A DNA stretch of 64,000 bases from assembly GCA_038087875.1 (NCBI GenBank), contig CM075989.1:4650001-4714000 (forward strand), given 5' to 3'. This document shows, one piece after another, positions 23,425 to 36,207 of this stretch (the stretch's first letter is position 1; each line of letters begins with the position of its first letter). The notes under the pieces are model-generated. The model was not told the DNA's origin. It saw only the letters and a program-made list of their open reading frames with translations, and ran no database searches. Both the position numbers and the translations under genes were made by a program. The stretch comes from Malacoraja senta (Eukaryota).

Positions 23425-23635
23425 TTCTCTGACTTCACAGCAGAATTAGCCGACAGTTATACTGTGGAGTGAACAACTTTTGTTTCTTGTTATGCTATCT
23501 ACAACATGGGTACCAATTATTTCATTAGTCATACATGTAGTAGATAGTATATTTTCGTATAGTTGTACCTAACAAAACACAATAGTTGTTTACTCCACAG
23601 TATAACTGTCGGCTAATTCTGCTGTGGTCAGAGAA
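23425..23635. repeat. Fold-back inverted repeat
   Basis: Arm TTCTCTGAC..CACAGCAGAATTAGCCGACAGTTATACTGTGGAGTRAACAACT occurs on both strands. An inner pair reads CTATCTACAACATG / CATGTAGTAGATAG. Confidence 0.85.
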
Positions 23636-24064
23636 CTGGTGGGCAGTTAACTGCCGCCATCTCTCCATGATCTCATGCAATAAAGTCTCTGGAAGCAAAC
23701 CTGCAAAGTCTCCGCTTTTCATTTTCTTTTAATTTCCATCTAAATTAATTTCTTTCACAGGGAGAAATATAGGTGGGGGCAGGTATCCGGATAGGTGTCA
23801 ATAGTGGAAGGAATGGGTGGGAAAGGGTGGACTGGAAAGTGTGAGAGACACACATACACTGGAGGAACAGCAACATATTGCACTTGGGTATCTTACAATG
23901 TAACTGTGTGAACATTTAATTCTCCAATCTTAGTTAACACCCCCCCCCTTTTCCTCCTCTCTTTCCCCCTCTCCTCCCCATCCCTCACACTCATGTACAT
24001 CCATTACTCACACCGTCTCACCCTCTTTCCCTCCCTTCCACCCTCTGACTTCACACTTCATTTA

Positions 24065-24260
24065 TGTTCAAGAAGGAACTGCAGATGCTGGAAAATCAAA
24101 GGTAGACAAAAATGCTGGAGAAACTCAGTGGGTGAGGCAGCATCTATGGAGCGACGGAAATAGGCAACGTTTCGGGTCGAGACCCGAAACGTTGCCTATT
24201 TCCTTCGTTCCATAGATGCTGCCTCACCCGCTGAGTTTCTCCAGCATTTTTGTCTACCTT
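24065..24260. repeat. Penelope-derived insert with a 162-bp palindrome (24099-24260)
   Basis: Arms meet at GGGTC-GA-GACCC. Flanked by CACAYTTCATTTA direct repeats. Confidence 0.88.
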
Positions 24261-26422
24261 CACATTTCATTTAGATTAATTTAGTTTATTGTCCAGTGAA
24301 AAACATTTTAGTTGCATACCATCCAGAGGGCGGAAAGACTACACATGATTGAAATCAAGCTGCCCACAGTGTATAGACACAAGATCAACGAGAATAATGT
24401 TTAGTGCAAGATAAAGTCCTGTAAAGTCCGATTAAAGATAGACTGAGGGTCTCCAATGAGGTATATGGTGGTTACAGTTGGCATCATCATCATTGAAAAC
24501 ATCAGCCTTACTATGCTGTGTACGACCGTGATCGCAACTTCTACTGAAGTGCGGACGGCCGTTGGCTCGCTAGATGCTCACCCGCCCTTTGACAGGTCTT
24601 GTTCTTGGTCCTGCTGGGGGTCCACAGCCCCCTCCTCACCTGGCAAACCAGCTGGGGGAGACGGTTTAGTCGCCGACTATCCGACCATGGAGCAGGTAGC
24701 ACGGGATTACATGGTACCCGAGGTGGGGGGGAACTCCCCCCGACCTGACCTGAAACCTACAGTTAGAGTTCAGTTTATTGTCACGTTTACCAAGGTTCAG
24801 TGAAAAGATTGACACAAAATGCTGGAGTAACTCAGCGGGACAGGCAGCATCTCTGGAGAGAAGGAATGGGTGATGTTTCCGGCTGAGACCCTTCTTCAGC
24901 TGAAAAGCTTTTGTTGCGTGTTATCCAGTCAGCAGAAAGACAATACATGATTACAATCGAGCCATTCTTATGGTAGATCAGGACCCATCTCTAGTTGGTG
25001 ATGGTTCTACTCTTCACTCCATATCTGACATCCCTTTGTCTCCTTTTCAGCTCTAGCCTTTGTCATTTCACCAATCCAACAATCAAACCGTTCCTCATCT
25101 GTATCCACCTATCACTTGCCAGGCTTTGTACCGCCCCATCCTTTCATCCAGCTTTGCCCCCCCTCCACTATAATCAGTCTGAAGAAGGGTGATGACCTGA
25201 AACGTTCCCTATCCATGTCCTCCAGAGAAGCTGCCTGACCCGTTGAGTTACTCCAACACTTTGTGTTTTATTCAGGCAATTATTCACTCTCGAAACAGAC
25301 TTATTTAGCAAACATTGTGGGAAGATGACGTTGAGATCATTCAGAACTAGTTTAATTCAGGACTGGGACAGCAGTTTAGATTAAATCAATAAATGCCATC
25401 TGTTTGAAACGCTTCACTGCAGTTCAAATACACAATGTGAAGATGAAAGTTAATTTTGACAGTAAAATTCACCATGTAAAGAATTTTACCCTTTAATAAG
25501 CCTGTCAAAATAATCAGGATTTGAATAAATAAAGACTGCAAACAATGGGCGGCTAAAAAGGTTACTTGTTATCACACACAAAAATCTCACAAAGTGCTGA
25601 AACCAGCATCGGCAGTTCCTCGTGTCTACCTTGTTATCCAAACCCGCATCTCTGCTGCACTTACCCAATAACGTTAAGATAAATCGGCAACATTAAACAA
25701 CCCTACAGTTGCATAAAAAAGCAAAAATAAAAAGGTGCAAATTCTAGAAATGTGCGATAAAGTTTGAAAATACTGGAAGTCTGTGCAAAGACGTGGTTAA
25801 AAATTAATGATTCAAACCTGAGATCGTTTGTTTTCATGGGTTTAAGTAATCTGGCCGGGCTATGTCATGATTAAATATACATTTTTATTATCCAACTCTC
25901 ATCGAGTTTGATCCGGAATAAACAGTTGCCCTGCCCACTTCCCTGACGTCTGAAGGAATTCCAGACGCTGGTTTAAACCGAAGACAGACACAAAATGTTG
26001 CAGTAACTCAGCGGGACAGGCAGCATCTCCGGGGTGAAGGGATGGGTGACGTTTCGGGTCGAGACCCTTCGTCATACTCGAGTCATCGCGACCAGAAACG
26101 TCACCCATCCCTTCACCCCGGAGATGCTGCCTGTCCCGTTGAGTATTTTGTGTCACATTTTGTAAACCAGGATCTGCAGTTTCTTCTTTCTCAACGTGAC
26201 TTATGATGAATCTGAAACTTGGGAGAAGGTGATAGGATGTTTTTACTCCAACGGAAGCAAAGTTTGTCGATATCTCTCAACAAGTGTGGTAAAGGGCTGG
26301 CAGGGATACAGTTTGATGAATGGTAGGCGAGCTGAAATAGTGACCGTGGGTATCGCTCGGTAGAATTACTAGTGTCCTGTAACGTTTTATGTTTCCAGCT
26401 TTTTCTGCTATTTTCAGTTTGG

Positions 26423-26425
<3 letters not shown>

Positions 26426-26459
<34 letters not shown>

Positions 26460-26482
26460 TGTGTGTGTGTGTCTGTGTGTGT

Positions 26483-26519
<37 letters not shown>

Positions 26520-26587
26520 TGTGTGTGTGTGTGTGTGTCTGTGTGTGTGTGTCTGTGTGTGTGTGTGTGTGTCTGTGTGTGTGTGTC

Positions 26588-26619
<32 letters not shown>

Positions 26620-26626
26620 TGTGTGC
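26426..26626. repeat. (TG)n microsatellite with TC interruptions
   Basis: Read directly. Lies about 600 bp into RHCG intron 1. Confidence 0.98.
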
Positions 26627-26789
26627 ATGTATGTTGAGAGACGATTAAAATATTTAATCAAGAGTAAAATAGGGCAGTTACTGGGGATTACTAGCGAAAA
26701 CAGAAAATAGCGGACTTCTGCAGAAAAACGTGGTTCGGGCCAATGAGTCTTCAAGGTAAGGGCAATGGGAGGAAAGACCCAAATGTGGA

Positions 26790-27090
26790 AGCAAAGAACT
26801 GCAGGTGCCGATTTACACCAACGATAGACGCAAAGTGCTGGAGCATCTAGGTGGGACAGGCAGCATCTCTGGAGAGAAGGAGCGGGTGACGTTTCGGATC
26901 GAGACCCTTCTTCAGAAAGACGTTCTTCAGAAGGGTCTTGACTCGACACATCACCCATTCCTTCTTTCCAGAGATGCTGCCTTGTCCCACTGAGTCACTC
27001 CAGCATTGTGTGTCGATCTTTTCGGTGATGCTAGATAGATGCTGCCCGACCTGCTGAGTAACTACCCCAGCTTTTTTGCGTCTATCTTCT
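26790..27090. repeat. Cluster of three Penelope-derived terminal repeats
   Basis: Repeated CAAAGTGCTGGAG...GGCAGCATCTCTGGAG and its inverse. Hammerhead-like motif at 26915-26888. Confidence 0.75.
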
Positions 27091-27209
27091 GTCGTTCTCT
27101 CGTTGACCACGGAGCGTTGCAGCGGTTTCTGCAGAGAATTAGACCTTTGGGTGAAAAGGGTAGAGATGGGATAGGATGGGGGCGGGGGGGGGGTGGTCAC
27201 TGTACTTAC

Positions 27210-27393
27210 TGGGGTACCTGAAGTAGAAGTCGTTCTCTATATCGCTGGTGATATTTCGGGTTCTCTTGGTTTCTATCCAGTGCGCGTCTGATTCTTCGTC
27301 GTATCTGATGAAAACGCCGAAAAGTATAATCATGGCCAGTTGCCACAGGAGGCAGACCAGCGGCAGTTTCCATCTCATCCCGGTGTTCTTCAT
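27210..27393 (-). CDS. RHCG: Rh family C glycoprotein (ammonium transporter), coding exon 1
   Basis: [39 protein letters not shown]...[15 protein letters not shown] matches the RhCG N-terminus (RWRLP...FGVFVRY...NEFYYRYPS). N-glycosylation sequon NIT. 184 bp, ending at a GTAAGT donor in phase 1. Confidence 0.93.
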
Positions 27394-27569
27394 CCTGCTC
27401 TCACCCTACCACGGTTTTATTCAATTCAATCAACAAGAAATAAAACCAGGGTTAATTAGTTAGCAGCGGTTGAAGTTTACACCGTAATTCTTCTCGAGAG
27501 GAACGAGAAACCACTTGGACTTTCGGAGTCCGTTGCTGAGCCGCGAGTGCATCTTCGCTTCTGTGGTCG

Positions 27570-27672
27570 CAGTTATTTAAAGCACCGAGGTAGGCTGGAT
27601 CCATCGGGAAGGCGGGACCCGAGGTGGCATCAAAGTGAGATCTAACCGCCTGTCTCTGGGGAAGGATTGGTT
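27570..27672 (-). promoter_or_regulatory. Putative RHCG proximal promoter (CCAAT box, GC box, TATA-like)
   Basis: Minus strand reads CCAAT (27670-27666), a GC box (GGCGGG on + at 27611-27616) and TTTAAATAA (about 27581-27573), in canonical order about 180-280 bp upstream of the ATG. No transcript data. Confidence 0.5.
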
Positions 27673-27744
27673 ACAATAGACTTTCCACACCTCTACCCTC
27701 CCCACCCAAAAAATAAATTGCCATTTCCTCTCTCGTTGTTTCCT

Positions 27745-28240
27745 CCTCCATGTCTACAATGCCCTCAATGGGCTTGCCCCCCACCTACATAAAAAGTCTT
27801 CTCACCCACCACTCCACCTCCAGGCCCCTCAGATCGGCCGACTTGGGGTTGCTGAATGTCCCGCGGTCTAGGCATAAGCTCAGGGGCGACCGCGCCTTTG
27901 CGGCATCCCCCTTCCCATCAGAACTGCCCCCTCCATCGACTCTTTTAAGTCAAGACTAAAAACTTATCTATACTCCCAAGCCTTTCCTGACGTCCTCTGA
28001 GTGAGGGCTACATGTAGTTTGAATCAGTCTGAAGAAGGGTTTCGGCCTGAAATGTTGCCTATTTCCTTCGCTCCATAGATGCTGCTGCACCCACTGAGTT
28101 TCTCCAGCATTTTTGTGTACCTTATGTATGTAGTTTGTTTTGTTTGTGCTATTCTTATAACAAGTGTAAAGCACTTTGGCCAACCAGAGTTGTTTTTTAA
28201 ATGTGCTATATAAATAAATGTGACTTGACTTGACTTGACG
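27745..28240 (+). mobile_element. L2-clade LINE 3' fragment (with Penelope-HHR insert at 28021-28122)
   Basis: SRPLRSADLGLLNVPRSRHKLRGDRAFA. TGTAAAGCACTTTG...AAATGTGCTATATAAATAAA stem-loop tail followed by (GACTT)n. Confidence 0.85.
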
Positions 28241-29359
28241 TTGCCCTGTAAGCTTCCCTGCAATACAGACCCATCAGATGTAGAAGCATGTAGGAAGCAA
28301 TTGCAGATGGACACAAAATGTTGGGGTAACTCAGCGGGACAGGCAGCATCTCTGGAGGGAAGGAATAGGTGGCGTTTCGGGTCGAGACCCTGCTTCGGAC
28401 AGGAACTGCAGATGCTGCTTTACACCAAAGTGTAAAGTGTACAGGGAGGGTCATCATTATGCAAACCCTTGCATTCGTCTAGCGCCTTTCCCGTCCCCGC
28501 CACACCTCGAAACGCCTTTAGAACTCTTTAACGATTTGTTTAACCAGGGAGGTACAATAGAGCTAGAACTAATCAGCAGATCCTCAACCCAAAACATTAA
28601 CTCTTTCAACACGCAGAGTGCTGGAGGAACTCAGCGGTTCAGGCAACATCTGTATGTTAATATAGCGTGATTAAGACTGCTTTTGTAATTGAAGTCTGAG
28701 TCGAGCCGAGTCCAATCAAGGGGGCATATCCTGTGGTTCCAGGGACGAGTAACTTGTTAGTGGGAAAGTAACTTGGGTGAGAAATAAGTACCCGTTAGTG
28801 GAAAAAGTACCTTGAAGGGAATAGTACCGTCAAGTGAAAAAGTACTTTGAAGGGCAAGTCTCCTGTACCCGTGGGAGGGGTTCCGTTGATTGACAACAGC
28901 ACGATTTGTGTAATTTAGAATATTGTGATTTATTTAGAACTGTACAGTTAGTGAATGCTTATTATTCGAATGCATGTATTTTACATTGCAGTGTGTTTTT
29001 GTATGATAGTTATTAGTAGTATTATTTCTTGTTTAAGTACGATTTTGCTTGCGTGTTATGAGCTCATTTGTCTGCGTTTAGATTGAAGTGTTTTGAGTGT
29101 AGGAGATTTGCCGCTGAAGTGTGTTTGATTGTTCCGTTGCACCTTAGACTGAGATTGTTTACCGACTTGAGATTCTTTACAGGTTTGAAAACTTGTGTGA
29201 ATTCTGTGTGTGAGATTGGTGTGGAAGAATTTTGGAGTACTCGGAGAGATTGATTGTGTAAGACTTTAACTGGCACGTTGAGGAACTTTTGGCCATTTTT
29301 TGTAACAAACTTGTTAAGTCTTGTGAGTGAAGTGTGAATCATTTGGATTCTTAGTAACA

Positions 29360-31610
29360 ATGGGAAACCAGATTGAGAGAGATACAATGGAGGATCCCGA
29401 AAGCCCATTACAATGCAAAGCAAGAATTTCATTGTCCTATCAGGGACACATGACAATAAACTCACTTGAACTTAAACTTGAACAATTAGTGCGTAGTGAA
29501 TTCCCACAAAAATCGGAAAGATTGAAATATTTTTCGGAAGCATTGAATAAGAAATTAGGAGTTGATTTGTGACCCAAAGGAGGGGTTGGAACACTGGAGA
29601 GAGTGACATACATTGAGAAGATTGTTTGGCAATGTAGCAACAGTGGTGTAGCAAAGGAACCAATTTGGCTCTGGTTTACGAAAGAGTAGAAGAACGTCGA
29701 GAGGCTGCGATAATGGTGAACTGGCAGGAGGCAGCTTTGAAGCTTGGAATAGAGTTAAAAGGCGATGAAGGAAACAAACCTCTAGATACCTTAAAGAAGG
29801 AGTGTGGATGTGCTTATAGAGAACATAGAGGGAACAGGAGAAAAAGAGAACTCCTGAATGGAAACTGGCGTTTGTGGACTTAGAATTAAGGGACCCGCAG
29901 GTTAGCTTTGGCTTGGAAGGGGGAGATGAAGAATATTTAGAATATTGTGAGTGTTCGAATTAAAAGAAGTTTGCAGCCTCCACCTTATTCCCCTTGTGCT
30001 CCCTATACTCCACCTTCACATCCAGCACCTTGTACACCCTGTGTGCATCACAGACCTCCTCCCGTGCCTGCAGCACCACCCACACCCCCTGCTGATCCTT
30101 TAGTATCACCTGCTCACCAGAAAGCAGCACCAGCACAAAGTTCTTTGACCCCCAACAGCTCCACCACTGGCAAAGACAACCTCCTAGAGAGACCAGATAT
30201 GTCTTTAAGAAATATCGCCTTCCCCCTAGTGATGAGGATGAGGGTGAAAGAGTATCAGGGGACACTGAGAGTGAGTCAGACATAGCAAAAATTATGAAAG
30301 AAGAACAAATATCCCGTCGTCAGTTCCCAGTTAGGGAGATGCCTAACCCAGCCTTTGTTCCGGCTGATGCAGTTGGTGCAAACAATCCCGGAACCTTTGA
30401 TGTATATTCCCCCTGGAAACCTAATGAAATGATGGCAGTACTGAGTAAAATACCTGACCGAAAGAAATCACCTACTTCCTTTGTGGACTATCTCCGGACC
30501 ACTATGTGTGTGTGTCACACTGACTCAAAATGGGCTGTAATACAACAGATCATAACTCCTACAGAGCATACCAGGTTCTTAGCCACTTTAGGACACCCAA
30601 CTCATGAAGCACTGGTGAATGTAATCATTGACAATAATGCAAGAGAAGATGCAGTTTTAACTGCCCTTGCTAATACCCTTCAAAAGCCAATAGATATTAC
30701 TAGGATTCTGGATATTTGGCCAAAGAAAGGAGAGGGAGCAGATGAGTTTTTAGAAAGGTTCTCGGAACTATATATGGACCAATCAGGAGATCTAAATTTC
30801 CGGAATGGGGCAAATTCTTCTCAATACTGCGCAATATTGTTAAACTGTCTACCAACTAATGTGGCCGAAGCAATTAAAACAAACAACATGGACTGGTCGG
30901 AAAACATGTTAAAGAAGGAACTGCAGATGCTGGAAAATCGAAGGTACACAAAAATGCTGGAGAAACTCAGCAGGTGCTGAGTTCTGAAGAAGGGTGCGGG
31001 TTCTGAAGAAGGGTTTCGGCCCGAAACGTTGACTATTTCCTTCGCTCCATAGATGCTGCTGCACCCGCTGAGTTTCTCCAGCATTTTTGTGTACCTCCAA
31101 TGCTACGCTTGCGGTGGATTGGGTCCCTGGAGTAGGGAGTGCCCAACATGAGGACAAAATGAAGGAGGGGGTCATAAAAGAGATCAAAGGGATCTAAGAG
31201 AGCGAAAGGAGCACAGACAAACACCCTTCTCTCGGACTAATCCATTCTCGCAATCTTGATTAGCAAGTCTGTCCAGAGTTAAGGGACGTTTGCCAGAACC
31301 CTATTCCTGAGCCAATCTAAATAGTGTACCAAGACAAAACAGTAAAACATGCAATCAGAATTATTATTGAAAATATTGGTGAAAAGAGTTGCTGGAAAAG
31401 ATCCCAGAACTATGGAGAAATAACAGCCAGTCCCATGTTTCCCTGAAAGCGCGTTTTAAAGTCAACAAAATGGTAAAATCAAATGCTTGCTTTAACTGTG
31501 GTCAGCTCGGCTATTGGATCAGGGAATGTCTGCAGCGAAGACAAAAGTAAAGGGACTATAACAAGAGCAAAGGGGAGGTTACAAAGAACCTGAAGGGAGA
31601 GACAAAATAA
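29360..31610 (+). pseudogene. gag: ERV-C gag, fragmented
   Basis: Myristoylation-type MG start, PPPY late-domain-like motif, capsid-like YSPWKPNEM...PKKGEGADEFLERF, and a Cys knuckle near 31488-31530. Inserts at 29415-29482 (LINE tail) and about 30908-31096 (Penelope-HHR dimer). Confidence 0.8.
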
Positions 31611-31621
31611 CCGCTCCCAAG

Positions 31622-34600
31622 ATGATTTATGAAGGAAAGTATTGGAATGTGAAAATTTTGGCACTGGTAACTGGAGAAGCAGGAACTGCAGAGTATGTTA
31701 AATTACCCTTAGACTTATGGAAACGAGTTTTAGAAGTTGCTCCACACATTACAAGGAAGGTGAATTTTCCAGCAAGTGCGAAAGACTTGGGAGCAATGGT
31801 ACAGAAAGAAATTGATCTGGCAGATCCGAATGTATATGAAGAACAAAACTTGTCTAATCAATGTACTGTTGAGTTTTATCAGACCCCGAGGACAGTTGTT
31901 GCCCAGCTACGCCAGCATCTGGGGAGTGAGGAATGTGAGTATGTGGACCAGCAAGTATGGGCAGAAAACACAACTCACGTTGGATGTGTTCGCATTGATC
32001 CCATCCAGGTAGCTCTCCAGAAAGGGGTGACACTGCCTTTGATACAACAGGACCCATTAAAGCAACAGGCAATTCCAAGTACAGACAAGCTGATTCGGGG
32101 ATTACAAGACATCTTAGTGAAGTGCTAGTCTATTTCCAACACACCAATCCTTGCAGTGCCCAAGGCAGGGGAAAGAGGGCCAGTACAGGTTAGTCCAGGA
32201 TTTAAGATCAGTCAATACAGTAGTAGAACTGCTCCATGCCTTGGTGCCAAATCCGGCTCATATTCTAGCTTTGACTCCAGCGGAAGCTAAGATCTTTTCC
32301 ATTGTAGACCTGCAACATGCCTTATTCTCATTACCTCTGCACAAGAACAGCCAGTATCTATTTGCCTTTACTTACAGGGGACAACAATATACATGGACAA
32401 GGCTACCGCAGAAATTTATTAAATCGCCCACCTTGTTTTCTCGATGTCTTCAAGAACAGTTAAGCACTTTAAGTTTTAAACGGAAATCCACTTTCGTACG
32501 GTATGTGTAGATGAGCAGAGCAATCGTGAGAACACTGCTTAATTATTGAATCATCTGGCAAATTTAGGATATGTGGTCTCTCAGTATAAAGTATTGATGG
32601 CTCAACAAAAATTAAAGTTTCTAGGAGTAGTAATTTAGGCTACAGAGAGGTTTAGAAAAGAGCAGACTGGAACCAATTTGCGAATATCCTATTCCAAAAG
32701 AGGCGAATCAAATGAGACAGTGGCTCGGTATGGTGAACTACTGCCGACCCTGGACCCCTAATATTGCACTAGACACCAAGGAATGTATTCCTTATGCTAG
32801 CTTAAAGGGCAAATTTCATTTGTCCAAAGAAGTTAAGGAAGCGTTTGAGAATTTGAAGAGATCTTTAATGCAGGCTCCAGCACTAGGAAGGCCACTCTAC
32901 GATAGACCCTTCCAACTTTACTGTACCATCCTGTCTGAGTGCTCGACTGCAGTCCTCACCCAAAAACACGAGGATAAGCACAGACCAGTGGCTTATTATT
33001 CATCAAAGCTCGACCCAGTAGCAAGGGGACACCCACTATGCACCCAGATCCTAACAGCAATCTATAATACTCTGCAGTCTGATGCAAACCGGACCTTACA
33101 GCAAGAAATAGTAGTGTACAGTTCCCATTCGGTGGCAGCCTTGTTGGGACAGCTTCAAACTCAGCATCTGACAATGGCTCGTCAAAATAAATACAAAATT
33201 TATCCATTGAACAATCTAAAACTCCAATTTAGACACTGTACTACTTTTAATCTGGCATCTTTCCTCATTTCACCTCCAGAGGAACAGTCAGAAGCAGGAC
33301 GACAGTTATTCATAATTGAAGAAGAAACATCTGTAAGGGAGGATCTAAAAGATGCTCCTATAGAAGACCCTGACATGGCACTATACGTAGATGGGAGTGC
33401 ATCCATTGGGCCCCAGGGAGAGAGATTTTCTGTGAAAGCTATTTTAGACCAGGATGGGACAGCATAGAGGCAGCTGCTTTTGAATCTCCCTATTCAGCAC
33501 AATAGGCTGAACTGTTTGCTTTGATCAGACCATGCATTGTTGGGAAAGATTTAAGGGTGAACATATATACAGATTCTAGATATGCATTCGGAGTGGTACA
33601 TGACTTTGGACAACTATGGAGGAGTAGAGGATTCCTAACCTCAGCAGGAACTCAAATATCTCATAAGCAATTGGTGACTGATTTATTAAAGGCTCTGATG
33701 CTACCGAGACATCAGTGATGAAGTGTAGCGCTCACACAAAGGGACAGACCCCGATAGACATAAGTAATCGTTCTGCTGATCAAGCAGCAAAGGAAGTATC
33801 CCAGGAACGCAAAGTGGTGGAGCCAAGAATGATGAGGCAGATAAAAAGTTCAGGTAACAAGTCTCCCTCGGAAAAGCCAATGCCAACCATCCAGGAAATT
33901 ATTAAGTTGCAGGAGGAAGCTTCTGAAGGAGATATACGATTATGGAAACAGCTTGGATGTACAATAGATTGCATGTCGGGATTGTGGGTTACTTTGGCAG
34001 GGCAGACTTGTATGACAGATCCTCTTGCAGTTTGGGTTGTGGAGTGTATACATTTTGTGACTCACTGTGGTGCAAGAGCAATTGTTGATGCTCTTTCAGC
34101 TACTTGGTGGCAACCAAGATTACAAACTTTGGCCCAGAAAGTGAGTAGCGGCTGTATCATTTGTCAGAAGTTTAGTCCTGGAAAAGGAATAGGTTGTGAA
34201 GAAGGGAAGACACCTTTGCCCATGGGTCCTTTTGAAACTCTACAGATGGATTATATTGAATAGAGAAATGCCAGGGATACAGATATGTACTTGTAATTGT
34301 CGATGTATTCAGCAGATGGATTGAGGCCTATCCAACACTTGATAACAAAGCGGCTACTGTGCTTATGAGAGAAATATTCCTAGATTCGGTATCCCAATTC
34401 GGCTTAGTTTTGACAATGGTCCTTATTTTATTGGCCAAATTAATAAAGAGTTCTGTGAACAGCTGGGCATCCAGCAGCAACTACACTGTGCTTATCGACC
34501 ACAGGCTGCTGGACGTAGAAAGGAATATCAGACCACGATAACCATATTAGCTAAATTGAAGGCGGAGACAGGAATTGTTTCAGATGCGTGTCATGCCTGC

Positions 34601-36207
34601 AGGGAAATCGAGATTGAGCCCAGCTGAAATTGACCACTTGGACAACAAAAACTCATATGTCAGGCTGTTATTCATTGATTACAGCTCGGCATTTAATACA
34701 ATCATCCCCTCCAAGCTGGTTACCAAACTCACAGTACTGGGTTTCTGCGCATCCCTCTGCAATTGGATCCTCGACTTCCTCATTCACAGGCCACAGTCTG
34801 TTCGTATTGGTAGAAATGTGTCAGACTCGATAACAATCAGCATGGGAGCACCTCAAGGCTGCGTGCTCAGCCCCCTGCTGTACTCACTCTATACTCATGA
34901 CTGCGTAGCCGGTCATAGTGCAAACTCCATCATCAAGTTCGCTGACGACACCACTGTTGTGGGACGTATCACTGATGGGGATGAGTCAGAGTATAGAAGA
35001 GAGATCGAGCGACTGTCCATATGGTGCCAGCACAATAACCTGGCCCTCAACACCAGCAAAACCAAGGACCTGACTCTGGACTTTCGAAGGAGTAGGATGG
35101 GGACCCACAGTCCCATTTATATGGTTGAAAGGGTCAAGAGCTTCAAATTCCTGGGCGTGCACATCTCTGAAGATCTTTCCTGGTCCGAGAACACTGATGC
35201 AATTATTAAGAAAGCGCATCAGCGCCTCTACCTCCTGAGAAGATTACGGAGAGTCGGTTTGTCAAGGAGGACTTTCTCTAACTTCTACAGGTGCACAGTA
35301 GAGAGCATCGTGGCTTGGTTCGGCAACTTGAGCGCCCTGGAGAGGAAAAGACTACAAAAAGTAGTAAACACTGCCCAGCCCATCATCGGCTCTGACCTCC
35401 CTTCCATCGAGGGGATCTATCGCAGTCGCTGCCTCAAAAAGGCTGGCAGCATCATCAAGGACCCACACCATCCTGGCCACACAATCATCTCCCTACTACC
35501 TTCAGGTAGAAGGTACAGGAGCCTGAAGACTGCAAGGACCAGGTTCAGGAATAGCTACTTCCCCACAGCCATCAGGCTATTAAACTTGGCTCGGACAAAA
35601 CTCTGAACATTAATAGCCCATTATCTGTTATTTGCACTTTATCAGTTTATTTATTCATGTGTGTATATACGTATATAATGGTATATGGACACACTGATCT
35701 GTTTTGTAGTCAATGCCTACTATGTTCTGTTGTGCTGAAGCAAAGCAAGAATTTCATTGTCCTATCAGGGACACATGACAATAAACTCTCTTGAATCTCT
35801 TGAATCTTGAATCTTGAATTGTTTATGGACGTCCTTTGAAAACCCCTTGGAACCAAAATGCCATAAAAGGTGTAAGCTTCCATCACATGACTACGGAGAT
35901 GACTGATTATGTTCTGGCCTTGAATCGAGCACTAAGGGATTTGCATTCTATGGTGCAAGCAGCATATAGTGAATTACCTCTTTTGGTTTCTTCCATTAAA
36001 GTCAAGCCTGGTGATTATGTACTAGTGAAGAATTGGGTAAGGAAAGGTTTGGAGGATCGGTGGGAGGGACCTTACCAGGTTTTCCTGACAACTCCAGCAG
36101 TGGTTAAAGTAGAAGGAAAGAATGTGTGGATTCTTCTTCACCATTGTAAGATTATTAGTGGGAGAATAAGCTGCTCACTTGTTTTCGGCAAGGAATTTCT
36201 TTGGTAA
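31622..36207 (+). pseudogene. pol: ERV-C pol, fragmented
   Basis: RT, RNase H and integrase motifs across several frames. SPAEI|VYGRPLKTPW rejoins across the Rex1 insert. Confidence 0.88.
34633..35816 (+). mobile_element. 5'-truncated Rex1/Babar LINE inserted in ERV-C integrase
   Basis: [27 protein letters not shown] and KFADD. (CTTGAAT)n tail. Apparent AATTG TSD. Confidence 0.9.

Noticed and set aside
26191..26958. Long His/Thr- and Cys/Val-rich ORFs
   Set aside because: Translations of the (TG)n microsatellite.
28650..28670. Remnant 5' LTR start of ERV-C (TGTTAATAT versus TGATAATAT)
   Set aside because: Only an 8/9 match in AT-rich DNA, with no matching TSD.
34575..35606. Novel integrase-RT fusion or ALKBH8-like host gene
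   Set aside because: Chance in-frame junction of ERV-C integrase with a truncated Rex1 LINE. The KKAHQRLY motif is the LINE C-terminus.
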